Assembly: GCA_964035545.1 (NCBI GenBank)
Contig: OZ037765.1
Coordinates: 19,468,995 to 19,532,994, forward strand
Source of the DNA: Bugula neritina
Lineage: Eukaryota; Animalia; Bryozoa
DNA: 64,000 bases
Direction: 5' to 3'
The translations under genes were made by a program, and so were the position numbers. This document shows positions 49,301 to 62,941 of the stretch, in pieces. The notes under the pieces are model-generated. The model ran no database searches. It saw only the letters and a list, made by a program, of their open reading frames with translations, and was not told where the DNA came from. Each line of letters starts with the position of its first letter. The first letter of the stretch is position 1.

Positions 49301-52300
49301 TTGAAAGGCAGTTTGACAAATTGAAGACACATTTAGAACAGGTTTTTATTTCAATGTCTAAATAGTTGGTTTACTAAACAGCTACAGTGCCAATAGAATT
49401 TTCTAAATTACAAGATGGAGCATTCTCATACCATATTGTGCAATAATAAAAATGTTAGTTTGCTATAAGTTGAACAGGTATGTGGGCAGACATTTGCAGC
49501 TATTGCTGGACAACACATTTTCTGGCATACTCGAACACATCCAACCGACACTGGCTTATAACTTATACATTCAACATGTTCAGTAGTAACAATGTACCTC
49601 TTACAAATTACAGACATATTTCAACTCTGTGCCCATACCCAAATCTGTCCTTACCACTACAACATCTGGGATAGCTTCAAACAGCTCCAATAGTTTGGTA
49701 AAACCATAATCAGCCACTCGACACTGTCTCCCGAAATGGTGGTGATAATTTGGTATGAATTTATTAAATACCATTGTGCACTGCGGACTGTTCTTTAAGA
49801 GATCAATGACTTCGTAAGCAAATTGCTTAGTTCTTTCAATTTCCTCCGGAGTTTGATCTGACAACACAATATAAAATCACACAAGGATAGTTTGTTTGGA
49901 TAAAGTGGATACTATAACAAGCAATAACTATGAAAACAATATTTTCACAACCTAAAACTTTTTAAACCACAAAAAAGCACTAACTCTAACATAATATCTT
50001 GTGTACTGTAACAATACAGACATAACACCTATAAATTATTGACTGGGCACTATTGAATTTCTATATTACATTTGTATGCTATGTAAATTCGGCAAACCTC
50101 AAGCATTCTAATGATATAAAGTATTATGTGGACTTCTAAACATCAGAAAATTTCAATACTGGATCATATGCATATACTTTATATATAAACATATGTATAC
50201 GTATAGTATACACAAATACAAGAAAGCAAATTGAGTAGGGTAAACTTGTTATAGAGTATCAGGCAATTCAATATACACAGAGCCATCAAGATTTGAGACT
50301 GGTTATAAAATAGAATGTATTTAACAACTATGAACATTTAGCCTTAATCAGCAAATTAAACAAATACTACTCAGTTTCTTTAATTTTATTGCTCAAATAT
50401 TGCACAAAGAGTTTGCTAAATAATTAATATTCAGATTATCTACTAAAGAGATTTAAATTACTTACATTGAGTCAAGGAGCAGCATGTATAGGCATTTGTA
50501 AAGTGGGATTACATGCTGAAAGGGAAGGTGAGTATTGGGACAGCTTTGCTACATATTAAAACACAAGGAAAATACTGCAATTTAAATTAGAAACAGTCAT
50601 GTTTATTGGGTGGAACAGACATTCGAAAATCATCACATGCTGAAATATGCATGCAGTTAGCAAAACAAACATTTATTTTTGTAAAATAAGAAAATGAAAT
50701 AAACTAGTTTCAAAACTTGTCTTATGTAATAGCTACATAACTATATATGCTGACAAATACTCAAGTATTTGGAAGCACCGATAAAAAGTATAATCTATAA
50801 ACATTAGAAATAAAAGACTTGATAGTAACAAATTAACGACTAAAATATTTAAAAAGTTGATCACCCTTTTTTGGAATGGACATTAAAATACTGTTCCCAG
50901 TATCCGAGACTACAACTTGACTTTCAGATACGTCTTTTAAAATGTCCTCAATATAACAAAGACCAAAATTCGTAATGTTCAAATCTGTACCGAGGGCCTA
51001 AAAAACAGAACTAAGTAGTAGGACAATTTCTAGTTGTAATAACTTTGGTAACAATACGAAATATACAAAACAAAGCTACAGCTAAAATGCCTACCAAGCA
51101 AACTTTGGAATCTCATGCCTCAGTATACTTCAATTTGCAAATTAGATTTTGCGTGAGTAGATTTAACATTTTCAACACATTTCACAATTCAGTGTTTGGT
51201 GGTTATGCCATAACCCAAGACATATTTCATAAGCATCTACTTTTAAATATCTAGACAGCTACATATCTACACACTTGTATGCCATACAGAAGTACATTAA
51301 CACACCTTTTCATAGCATTCTGAGAACTGCTCCAAAGTGCATTCTTTATTTGGCTGAGTTCTCAATACCCGACACAAGTCCGAGGTGAACCGCCTTAAGT
51401 GAATTCGGTGTGCGAGGTATAACACACGTTGACTTCCCGTACCTAGAATCTGGAAACAGTTCGGTTTGAAAATTAGAAAAATGGAATATTGAAAAAAGTT
51501 ATGAGAGTATAACACAGCAGTCGTCAGCCAATGATACCGAGCCTTTGCATATAAACAAATTATATACAAAAATATATAAAATAATGTCAAATAGAAACCA
51601 TCAATGATGAGATTCACATGCAATTAGAAGAAGTAGAAATGAGAGTGGGAGTAGAAACACTATAAATAAATTTAAGAAAATTTACTTGCAATACGTGAGG
51701 AACAGCCTCAAAGAGCTCCAGCAGTTTAGTAAACCCAAAGTCAGCCACACGACACTGGCGCCCAAAGTGATGATGATACGAAGGAATAAACTTGGAGAAC
51801 GCCATCTGGCAGCCCGGCATCCTCTTGAGCAAGTCAACTACTTCTCGGGAAAACTGAGATAACTGGGAGCTCAGGCTATATGTGTTCCGGCTGTTGAATT
51901 GTTCTGTAAAATATGTTATGTTAATTTGCATTGCTCATAGCAAACTTATGGCTAGATATTAGTCGCAACATGTGTCTTAAGAGTTAGTCTAACTTATGTC
52001 ATATTTACAAGATAAGTAATAACACTCACTGTATATTTTTGTGAGTTAGACATGTTCAACTCTTTAGCATACATGATCATAATATGAACATACAATTTGA
52101 GACAGATCACTTTCGAGCTCCATACATAATAAATCTGAGACAATTGTCTTGTAATATCTCCTGTGTCTGTTCATTTGCTGAAAATACCAATAGTTTACTC
52201 ACCGCTGACTTCGCTGTCAGGAGAGCTCGGCATCACCACCTCATCTCGTATGACTTTCTTAATTCCTAGTTTGTCAGCTTGGATACGTACGCCTGGCACA

Positions 52301-55300
52301 CAGGAAATGAGGTGCTCCATTGGAACTCCTCCGACAGCTACTGGCTCAAGTTTAGCATAAGCAGCGTTGTAGCAACATTGAAAACTGCAAGTGCAGTAAC
52401 AAATCTGATATAGAGTTGACAAAAATCATTCTTTTCTGTTTTTAATAGCTAGCAACTAGCACACAACCAACTTTTACTTTAATTGTAGAAAAATGAAGTT
52501 ACACATTTTCAACAACTCCAAACATTAAAAGCAATAGTGTTTTTCTCATGATGCTTTTAATTTCTACAGCATAGTGTAATACTAGCAGACAACTTATACT
52601 GTGAAGTGCATTGGCAAAGTAGGTGCAGAAGCATAGTAGCAGTAGAAGCATAGTAGTAGTAGCAGTAGTGAGTAGCATTAGTGAGTAACAGTGGTAAGAG
52701 AAGTAGTAGTGGTGGTGGTGGTGGTGGTGGTGGTGGTGGTGGTGGTGGTGGTGGTGGTGGTGGTGGTGGTGGTGGTGGTGGTGGTGGTGGTGGTGGTGGT
52801 GGTGGTGGTGGTGGTGGTGGTGGTGGTGGTGGTGGTGGTGGTGGTGGTGGTGGTGGTGGTGGTGGTGGTGGTGGTGGTGGTGGTAGTGGTAGTAATAATA
52901 GCAGTAGTAGTAATAGCAGTAGTAGTAATAGCAGTAGTAGTAATAGCAGTAGTAGTAATAGCAGTAGTAGTAATAGCAGTAGTAGTAATAGTAGTAGTAG
53001 TAATAGTAGTAGTAATAGTAGTAGTACTAGTAGTAGTGGTAAAAGTAGTAGTAGTAGTAATAGCAGTAGTAGTAATAGCAATAGTAGTAATAGTAGTAGT
53101 AATAGTAGTAGTGGTAGGTGGAGTAGAATGTGCGGCAGGTAAAGCAGAATCTGAAGAACTAACCTCATTAGAAACAGTTCTCCTTCATGGAAAGTGAGCA
53201 ATGTATGAACATGTTCTGAAAACAAGCTCAGCTTCACCTTAACATACGGTAGCATTCCTGACTCCTCAATCAAAGCAAAGTCAGTCTGTGAACAATGTAT
53301 CTCACAGTATGGCACCCGATGTGTTTGGTCCACAGTGAACTAAAACAAATTTAAATAATTCAACACGACTAATACTTTGTTGTTGCGCAAATGCGACTGA
53401 CAAATAACTGTGTGGTACTCTTATATCCTGCTGCTACACACAATCACGTTTTATTCATTTCTACACTTTTTCACAAGTGTTTAATTATGTCTTGGTTCCT
53501 TAGCCCTTCAAAGCACGGATGTAGAAGTATACGCACATACATATACCCATGAAACTAAAGAGATGCGAAGATATGTTATAAGTGTGCTCCACATACATTA
53601 TACACAGAGTCAGGTGAATAAGGAAGCGTCAGTGAAGATTGCAGACATACTATTCTTCCATTTCCTGTTCCAGAACTTTCTTTTATCTCCACAGTATCCT
53701 TCATGCGATACAGGTCAGAAACACTTATGGTTCTGTAGAATCTGTCAAAATTTGAATGAACTGTAACCTGTGTTCGGTTGTTAACTTGCTTTTAGTTCAA
53801 ATTAAAGAAAACATGCATTAAGTTGAAATGGAGAAAGAAATTGTGTACCAAGTTCCAAAGCACAATAGTACTACAGCTAACAGGTCGTGAATGGTGGACA
53901 GTGGGGAAAAATAAAATCCGCCAACAGGTGACCTCTTGTTTATGTTTAGCAGTCCAAGAGTCTTATTTTCAGCCATAAATGTGCCAATAATGTATAAAAA
54001 ATCAGCCTCCTCTCAAAGGAGGTGCTAAAACAAAACTGACTCAATAGAGAAAGGTCTTGTATAATATAAAGTAATTCTCAATATATGTATTTTAGCATAA
54101 ATAAAATAAAGCAGAAGTTTAAGAAATAGAAAACATATTACCTTTTCTCAAAAAGTTCAATAAATTTGAATAAAGGTAAAGAACTGCCGGATACTTCACT
54201 TAATATACTTGCAACTTCTCGCCTGTCAAAAAGAAGAAAGTTGTTAAGTAGAAATAGTAAGAAAGATTGTTCAAAAGGAAACACCACAGGAGCATTTAGA
54301 AGTAACCCTCACCTGACTCGCTGAGCTGCATCTGGAGATTCTGGAGTATACATGGTCACACTGATTCGCTTGTAACCAATTCTCTGATGATGGAAGTTGG
54401 CAATGACAGCTCGAGCATCTTTCTCACTGGCCACAGTGACAATAGCGATAGACGTACCGTCACTCAGGGTGTCTACATTTATGTTCATCACCTAAACAAA
54501 AAGTTTAAAAATTTACAGAGCGCTTCTTACATGAACTGTAGAAAATGGCCAACATTATTTTACTAAATAATGCAAACATTTAATTCAGGAATTCCAACAG
54601 CCAAATTTCCAGTAGGTAAACTTTAATAGCAAAAGCAACTCTAAGTTTTAAATTGCCTCTGTAGCAGCAAGAAGGTGCAAATTAAAAATGTTAAAAATTA
54701 GTAACTGACAAACAATTTATAAAATCTAATCTTTTTAAAATAAAACAGCACCCACCGAAATAAATTTAAAAATAGTGTAATACACCTCTAGTCACTATAT
54801 TGAACAAAATTCAATCCACAACTGAAAACCTTCTTAGACAGACATTTAATTCAAGAATTTCAACAGCCAAATTTCCAGTAGGTGAACTTCAATAGCAAAA
54901 GCAACCCTAAGCTTTAAATGGCCTCTGTAACAGCAAGAAGGTGCAAATTAAAAGTTAGTAACTGACTAACAATTCTATGTGTCAATTTACAAAACCTTAT
55001 TTTATGAAAATAAAACAGTACCCACTGGAATAAATTTAAAAATAATGGTAATACACCCCTAGTCACTATATTGAACAAAATTCAACCCACAACTGAAAAC
55101 CTTCTTAGACAGCAAGCACAGATAACTTACTTCAACAACTGGCGAAAAAACTGTTGATAAGAGGTTAATCCATTCTTTAGAAGTAATGTTGTAGTCTAAA
55201 TTAGTCACTGCTATCTCCACCCCTTTGGTGGAACATGACTGTCCAACAATGGGCCGAGCTTGTCTACCACCAGGGGGGTTAAAAAGTGGCCAGGATTGTG

Positions 55301-58300
55301 AATGGTGCAGGTGCCTGGAGTCCCAGTGCGAAGGAAACAGTTTGGGAGGCATACTCTGTAGCGATGATGTGCGATGATAGTCGGGTTTGGGGTGAGACGG
55401 TCCAGCGCCATGACATGATGACAGTGGTGGTGGTGATGATAACTTTAATCTAGAAAAAAATACAGACGTCTAAAATGGTAGACATAAGAGTCACCAGTTT
55501 GAACCATTTAAAAGCAGGCTGAAGTCAAAACCTTACTGTGAAACATCTGGAACTGAGCATGGCAATGAGCTTTGGTCGAAGAATAAACACTTCATATTGG
55601 GAGGTGAGATGGCTGCTGCACAGGAAGTAGGCGGCGTTAGTAGAGGACCATATAGCCCAGTTGAGTAAGAGTGCCGCATGTCATTGCAAGGGTTGCTAAA
55701 AGACAATGGAGGTCTTAGCCTGCTTCCAGGAGCCTTGCAGAAATATTCGGACTGGGGGGAGAACAAGTTGGGTTCTGCAACTGGCAATGGCGGCAGGTCG
55801 GGCATGCACGGTAGCGTTGTACCAAAACTTTGAATGTTGAAGATTGATGGAATAGTTGCACTGTCTGGTGGAGTAGGTAGGCCTGCCACGTGGCTATATG
55901 GATGTACCAGTCCTGCAAAGTATACAGAATTTAACCTGATAACAAAAAACAAGTAACCCTACAAAATTAAATTATGCAGATCGCAAATTATAATAGTGAA
56001 TTGGGTCAAGAAAATAAAAAATTTTACCAAGTTTAGATGTGGGCGATATACTGCTAGTAACAACACTAGCAGTAGTGGGAGTTGTGAAACCACTTTTAAC
56101 TGGTGTACAGGACTCGGCTGCTTGGTCAGCGTCAATAATCCTAGTGGCAGTGACCTTTGACCCATGTACATCTTGGTTGTGCATTCTCTTGCTTGCCCTG
56201 TGTATAGTAAGAAGCTCCAGCTACAGCTGTGGCACAGAGAGATATAACACCACCATGAAAACTTACATACAACCTCTTAAAACAGAGACTACACTCAACT
56301 ACATAGTATAACATGATAACTACCATTAGATTCCATGGAATTTAAAATCTTGAAGCTTTAATTACATTTCAACCGAACATTAGTAATCCCAAGCACTTGT
56401 ACTAAAAAATTAGGTTCATTTTTTCCTTTACTACACCGGTAAACTAAAAAAACTAATGGCAGTGACCATCATGATACCAACAAAAATATTATAAAAATAG
56501 TCATTTCGGCAAACAATTTTTACACACTATTTACTTAGTAGAAAATGATTTAACTGAACAGTAAACTTAATTCTCAAGCAGAACAAATTACTTTACATAT
56601 CAGTATTGAAACACTTTCAATTCCATAAGAAACAAAATCAAATCTTTAGTTGTATTTTAACACTATATAACTTTATCAACACAAACCACTCATCTGCAAA
56701 GTCAAATAACCGTCCCTTGCCAATTTTGTTCAAGAATCCAACTGATGTCTAACAAACGATTGACCTTTTATTATTGCCCATACTAGAAAAGCTATGAGAA
56801 AGCACAAGGCTTTCAAACAAAAAGCTATTTATTTCCTATCATTTAAACGCCAAACTACAGCCTTAGCTAAAACATTGAGAAAGCTAGAGTGCATTTTACT
56901 TGGTTTTCCAACGCTAGCATTTCAAAATCATTAGACAGAAGCTTGGGATTTCCCAAGTAAATCAAGCATATCTTATATTAAAGACATAAACAAGGCTTTT
57001 TAATAGGGCAGACAATTCTCACAAATAAGTATAACATCTTTAGGGAGTTACATTTTTATACACTTATTACTTTACAGCATCCAAGAGGCCAAAAGACCTG
57101 AATTCTTATGATAGTTCTATTACTTTTACCTCTCAGCAAGAGTAGGCATGCTATACTGCAAGATTGCCATCTTTTTGGAGCAGTGAATGACAGAACCTTT
57201 TGTCTTATAAGCTAAAGAGTAGAGTCTAGATTTTATTTGACTTAGAGGAACATTAACTGGGAAGTTGGTTAGTTTCACCCAATTGACTTGCTCTCCATTG
57301 ACATCAAAGTCTTCCTGAAATTAAACACATCTACAGATTACCACAGGAGAAACCTACTAATGTTTATGCTGAAAGAAAATATGCCGTACAAAACTTTATA
57401 CCAATATACAGTAGTTGAAGATATTTTCTTTTTATTTTCCTAACATGCTAGTATTAAATCATAAATTAAGTAATAATCATTAACTTGAAAAAATAAATAC
57501 ATTTCACAGCTTAAAATCATTCAACTGCATTTTTCATTACCTTTTTTGAGTGTAGACAATTTTTAATAGCTTTTATAAAAATATGCTAAAAGACATTTCC
57601 ATTTTTAAAATAACTATTTTAAAAACTAGTTTAGAAGTGTATTTTCTTAACATATTATACAAATAATGATGATAGATATTAATGTTGCAAATAATAGCCA
57701 TTTGGTATATTTCCTCACCAGCAACTGCAGTTCTTTTTCAGGAGCATTGAGTACAATCTTATCCAGACTGTATATTTCATGAGATGCAACCCTTAATGCA
57801 GTCTTTATAGAGGAGTGATGTGGTTTGTTATGTATCAATATTATCTTATAGTTATGGGCATATCTCATGTGACTTAGATCAGCTGCAAAGTCCACGTCAC
57901 CTGAACAACAAGAATAGACACATGACTCATATAATATGTGACCATTGTCACAGTAAAGCTGGAGAATTAGTTGGAATAGGTAATCAATGACTTGAAACAA
58001 ACTTGAACTCCAACAGTGTAACAACCATTTTGAGCATTAATCAATGGAACTTTCCTAATGGTTATATAAGGCCGACATTCGTTGGGTAACAAGCAGAAAC
58101 TAGAATGGATGTAAAGAAATACCACTCCCAAGTATTCTGAAAACCTGCTAACTTTAAAAGCAATTGGTGCAAATGTTGTAAACTTTTAGTGTCTATTTCA
58201 CTTTCATCTGCTTATCAGTAAACTATCAATTTGGTAAAAATGTTTACCTCGCCATTTTGAAAGTAGGTTTACTAATCTTTGAGGAGGTACTATGCTTAAA

Positions 58301-61072
58301 AGCATAAATAAAATTATATGTAGTGTAGGTGCAGCCAACAGCTTTAGATTTGCAGCCAGAGAGCAAAGAAATCCATGATTTTATTGCTGTACTAATATTA
58401 GCTACACATTTATAAATAGTAAGCAATTAAACAGCAACCAGGGTATTATACTATAAAATGAAACTATGTTATCAAGCTGCATATGTACAGAATAACATTA
58501 AGAAAACTATGTATGTATGTATACTGTAGATGAATATTGTATAGGACGCTTTACTTTTAATCTCATGCCTACCTCTGGACACCAACAGCTAAAAACCGTT
58601 CAATGAGAAATTATTTGGTACATTTCAACTTCCAGAAGAATATATTGATAACTTTAAGCTTACTTGAATTTTGTTTCATTAAAAAAAATATTGCTTTGGA
58701 TAAAGTTGCACAATACAGCTGCAAAGATCTGTTATGAATTACCATTTCGATGTGTTTTAAAGTAAAAATTGACAAAATTACTATTAAATGATCCCTAAAT
58801 CATCTATAGCTTATATAGAATGGGGCCATGACAACAGCATTTAGGACTACCTAACATTTCAACAAAGGTGGAGATAGTTTCTGGTTTATATGCATTAGTT
58901 GGGAAAAGCTGTTTAGAATTATTACAAAGTTATTATTTGATAAAACGTAAAGAAAAATGTACACATATAATGTAAAAGCAATCCATATATATTACACGTT
59001 GCCTAATATTAAAATACATAATCTTGGTTTAAGGTATATTTCTTCTATGAATACAGGTATACTTTGAGTTAGCATTACTGTAGAGGTAATGAATGGGTAT
59101 TATAAAAGTCAACTTTTTGGTATACAATTAGATTAACTTAACTGTCTGCTGTGTTACTCTATTTTAATTCTAGGCTGAATGATCATTCTAATAAAAATTT
59201 TTATTAATTAAAACATAACTGTTCTACTCGCTTACTCAGTGGGATACAATATATCACCCAAGTTTTACAACCACCTGTCTAATCAAACTCATTATTGTGA
59301 ATATTTGAAACTTAGATAGCTGGTTCAGCTTCAGCCACTACAACCACCAGACTAATTTTTTAGTTCTTTTAAAACCTGCATTTCACTTAGATACTTTCTG
59401 AAATATGGAAAAGCTCACCACAGCACCAAAAAATTATAGCTATTAAGCTATCTAGCAGCTTGCAGTCCTATATAAATACTGATTAGCATAGCAAAACAGT
59501 CAGTTACTGCAAGAAGCTGTAAGTTAAAGTGTGATCTACACACAAGAGAACCACATGGGAGTTGCTGCTAAAACCAAGGAGAGCTGGTAATGTACAGTAC
59601 TTGATTCATATCTAATGTCTGTATTTTATCATGGAATTTTATGTCATATAGCTTTCAAATATTATTCTTCTGTCAGTTTGAAACATCTATATTACAATAT
59701 CTAAACGAAATTCTGTTTGGTAGAGGTGTCTGGCAACCTAAAGACAATTTCTCTTACATTGTCTAAGATTTTTTCATTTATAGTGCTTGAAGAATCAAAG
59801 ATCTTCAATAAATTATTCACACGATTCAAGCTGCATAATTTTTAATAGAAGCAAGAATATAATTTCAGCTATTAATAAATTATAAATAAAAATTTGGGTA
59901 TATTTCCTGCTACTTGCATCTTTTATGTACAAGGTTCCGAGAACTAGTTATAATATATTATATAATATGTTTTATGTTATTAATTTCTATTGAGTATGAG
60001 TGAGTCAAATAAAAAGCATGACTGAATTCAAAAATAAAATTTGCCATACATGTTGAAACTAATTTGACACCAGCATCTAAAAAGTAATAGTTGACACACA
60101 AAAATACTGTATCACATCTATTGCCATCTATTCAACAAACTCATCTTAAACTAAATTACAGTTTTGATCAATCTTATACTCTTTTCATTTATTACTGAAC
60201 GTGAAAACTCTTGTAGCCAATTCAAACAGTAACCAATATATTTTCTAATCAAAGGAGAATGAAATGCAAGCTTCTCCAAAATAATAGAGACACCTTCTAC
60301 TGTAAGGTGGTTAGTTGAGCTTAGTAGCTAAATATATTATGCTCACTGCAAACTTAATGATTGTGAACTGATAACCTGAGTGTTGAAATATACCTGAAAT
60401 TAAAACTAGAGTGACAGTTCCTTTGTGAGTGCCACAAAATTTTCTCATGCAGAGTTTTAGCTTATCATCGGCAGCGTTCTTGTGTTGGCTGCTAACATGT
60501 ACAACAGTCACCTACAGGAAAAAATAATTAGGCTGAAAGAAATTATCCAGCCTTAAAAAAGCTTCTTTAAAAATAATGTTTATGATTTGATGTAGGAAAG
60601 AAATATTTGTATAAAAAATTATCAGTACAACATTTATAACACTTTTCAAAATGCTTTTGGGTCAGCTATGTGTAGCACACAGATGTTTAAGTTGCCTAAT
60701 ACAGGACATTGCCCTTAGTAAATTAAAGCAAATACATAGTTAAATATAGTAGTTGCCTATTTCATCAAAATCGACATAATATGCAATGCAAAACATCACA
60801 GCAGCCAATAAAATAATACTTTACAGGAAAATAAAATAAAATAAATATAAACAGAAAACAGTTACCTGCATCTCATTGAGTTTATCAATTAAGTGAGTTG
60901 GTTCTCTGGAAACATCACAAACACACAAGAACTCTGCCTCTTTAACATCTGAAGTCATGAACTGGCTACGAATACATTGCACTACTGCAGATGGCGATTT
61001 CCCCTTTGGTACTCCGCAATTCTCTATATCCCAAAATACTGCCAGAAATGATTCATCAGAAGAGTTGGTCAT
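46316..61072 (-). CDS. MARF1: Meiosis regulator and mRNA stability factor 1 (Limkain-b1): NYN RNase, 2 RRM-like domains, multiple LOTUS/OST-HTH domains; 21 coding exons
   Basis: Exons 61072-60866, 60511-60394, 57900-57719, 57314-57130, 56197-56028, 55912-55537, 55449-55131, 54491-54313, 54222-54142, 53741-53597, 53339-53164, 52384-52203, 51903-51686, 51449-51306, 50997-50865, 49857-49655, 49108-48881, 48231-48028, 47215-47024, 46660-46480 and 46401-46316. NYN motifs [16 protein letters not shown] and ISGDVDF. LOTUS motif [28 protein letters not shown] occurs twice. An upstream coding exon cannot be excluded. Confidence 0.93.
52630..53115. repeat. Compound trinucleotide repeat: (GGT)58 plus AGT/AAT/AGC arrays, in a MARF1 intron
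   Basis: Pure GGT from 52711 to 52884, followed by 15-bp AATAGCAGTAGTAGT units and degenerate AGT repeats. Confidence 0.97.
54577..55112. repeat. Diverged ~270-bp tandem duplication in a MARF1 intron
   Basis: 54577-54842 and 54843-55112 share CATTTAATTCA.GAATT.CAACAGCCAAATTTCCAGTAGGT...CTAGTCACTATATTGAACAAAATTCAA.CCACAACTGAAAACCTTCTTAGACAG. Confidence 0.92.
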
Positions 61073-62853
61073 GTCTACAAATAAGAAAAAAGAAAAAACA
61101 TCTAGATTTTGATAACTGCCGCTGTGGTAATTAAAATTCAGTAAGAAATGATGGAAAGGACTGTTCAAATAGTATCAGATGAGAGTGAAGATTGTAGGAT
61201 TATTACGCATTAATTTAAAACAAAAGTTAGCAAAAAGTACTCCCACAACCTAATAAACTAAAATAGCACACTACTGGCCAAAAGTAATTATGGTCATTCA
61301 ACTAGCTAAACAATTTGAACCTCCACTAAAAAATTGAGAGAATCTTCTTAAAATTTAGTAGTTTTAGTTTGTAGTGACCATCATAGGTGTCATTACTAAC
61401 CTAAAAAGCAACTGCTTATGGCAACTGTGGTGATTGTTTAAGCCTTAAAGTGAGTTATAACATTTTTAAGAATGCAAAAAATGTCTTGCTTTCAAACCCC
61501 CCCCCCCCCCCCCCCCCGCCCACTCAACAGCATAGAGAAAACCCCTACTTCATTCACCACTAAATGAGAGAATTGAATTATCAACTTACTGGAGCCCAGT
61601 CTAGACTGTGTAGGAGACCCATTGGTCTACAGAGTTTGACGGACACATATTAAACTTATAGCCATGCTTCAGAGTGTGAGAGCACAATTCCCACAATGTC
61701 ATATTGGCTATAGGAAATTTCATGTAGGCCTATGCAGAACTTGTGAAATCAAGCTGCAGAAGCCCCTACAATAAACAAGACTTATTTGGAATACATTTTT
61801 GTGTACTTATGCTACTATATTCTTTCTATATAATCATGCTTGTTCACGGAATTGATAGTGAAATGAAGAAAATTCCACAACTTGCATCTTTTACCAACAA
61901 ATTACTTGTACAAAAAACTAGAGCAATCAAATTTCTATCAAAAAATAAAAGCAAAAACCTTTTCACAATTGACAAGGACATCTCCAGCATAAAACTCAAA
62001 CTAGACTAGCAAGTAGCATAAGCTTGGATTGAAACTGGGCCAACAGCGGTTTCCAGACCAAATGTCAAAAACTTGTATGCATTAGCCATTATAATTATGA
62101 AATCAATAAACTTCTAATCTCTGTTTACTAATTTCAAAAATCTTCAATGACAATTGAAATTAAATCTAGCACTAAAAATGAGTTTGCAAATTTTCTTTAG
62201 AATTATATTTAAATGAATACTTGAAATTGAACTTTATGAACTCATGATGATGCTGTAATTATATTACTATTTGTAAGAAACACCAATACTTATAGTTATA
62301 CTTGTATATTTATACCAATTAGACTTATTAGTAATTATAAATTAGTATTACTATTACTGTTAGACTTAGTGTTACTGTTACTGTAACTGTGTTACTGTTA
62401 GTAACAGTGTTAGTGTTACTGTTAGTAAATTTAATTACTACTACAAACTCAAACTGGTAAAAAAGGCCTCGTAAGCCAACAACTAAGCAAGAATGAAATA
62501 TTTTCGCAAGATACCATCTTTAAGTTAAGTTGGAAGTCTTCATTTAAATAAACTGAACTGAATCTAGGATGGCAGGGGGTAGAAAGATAAAATTGTAAAA
62601 TAAAACATAAATTTTCATCTATCAAATTTTAAACAAAAATAACAATTGACTCGCTCACAGATAATATCTGATTCGACAAAGATCATATAGGTCAACCAGA
62701 GCGGTTTCCCATGGCACTTCGATCACTGCACTGGAATAAATTAGTAATTACAGTTCGATATTTATAATTATTGAGATTGACTTTAGTATTTAAATTTTTA
62801 GTCAATTACAAAAATGAAGAAATCTTCGCAATAGACAAACATGTGAAATTAAT

Positions 62854-62941
62854 TTCATCAATAAAAACTGAAAGATATTCAAGTAGTACAACACAAGTTC
62901 ATCAATAAAAACTGAAAGATATTCAAGTAATACAACACAAG
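62854..62941. repeat. 44-bp tandem duplication
   Basis: TTCATCAATAAAAACTGAAAGATATTCAAGTA(G/A)TACAACACAAG occurs twice. Confidence 0.93.

Noticed and set aside
52557-53197. Poly-Gly/Ser, poly-Val and poly-Leu/Pro ORFs
   Set aside because: Translations of an intronic trinucleotide repeat. The MARF1 exon ends at 53164 and resumes in frame at 52384.
15351-61072. Functional link between the young Gypsy element and the neighbouring retrotransposon-silencing gene MARF1
   Set aside because: They are 24 kb apart with no shared sequence, so proximity is most simply coincidence.
62704-62717. X-box-like GTTTCCCATGGCAC upstream of MARF1
   Set aside because: The right half-site lacks the AAC ending, so the match is too weak.
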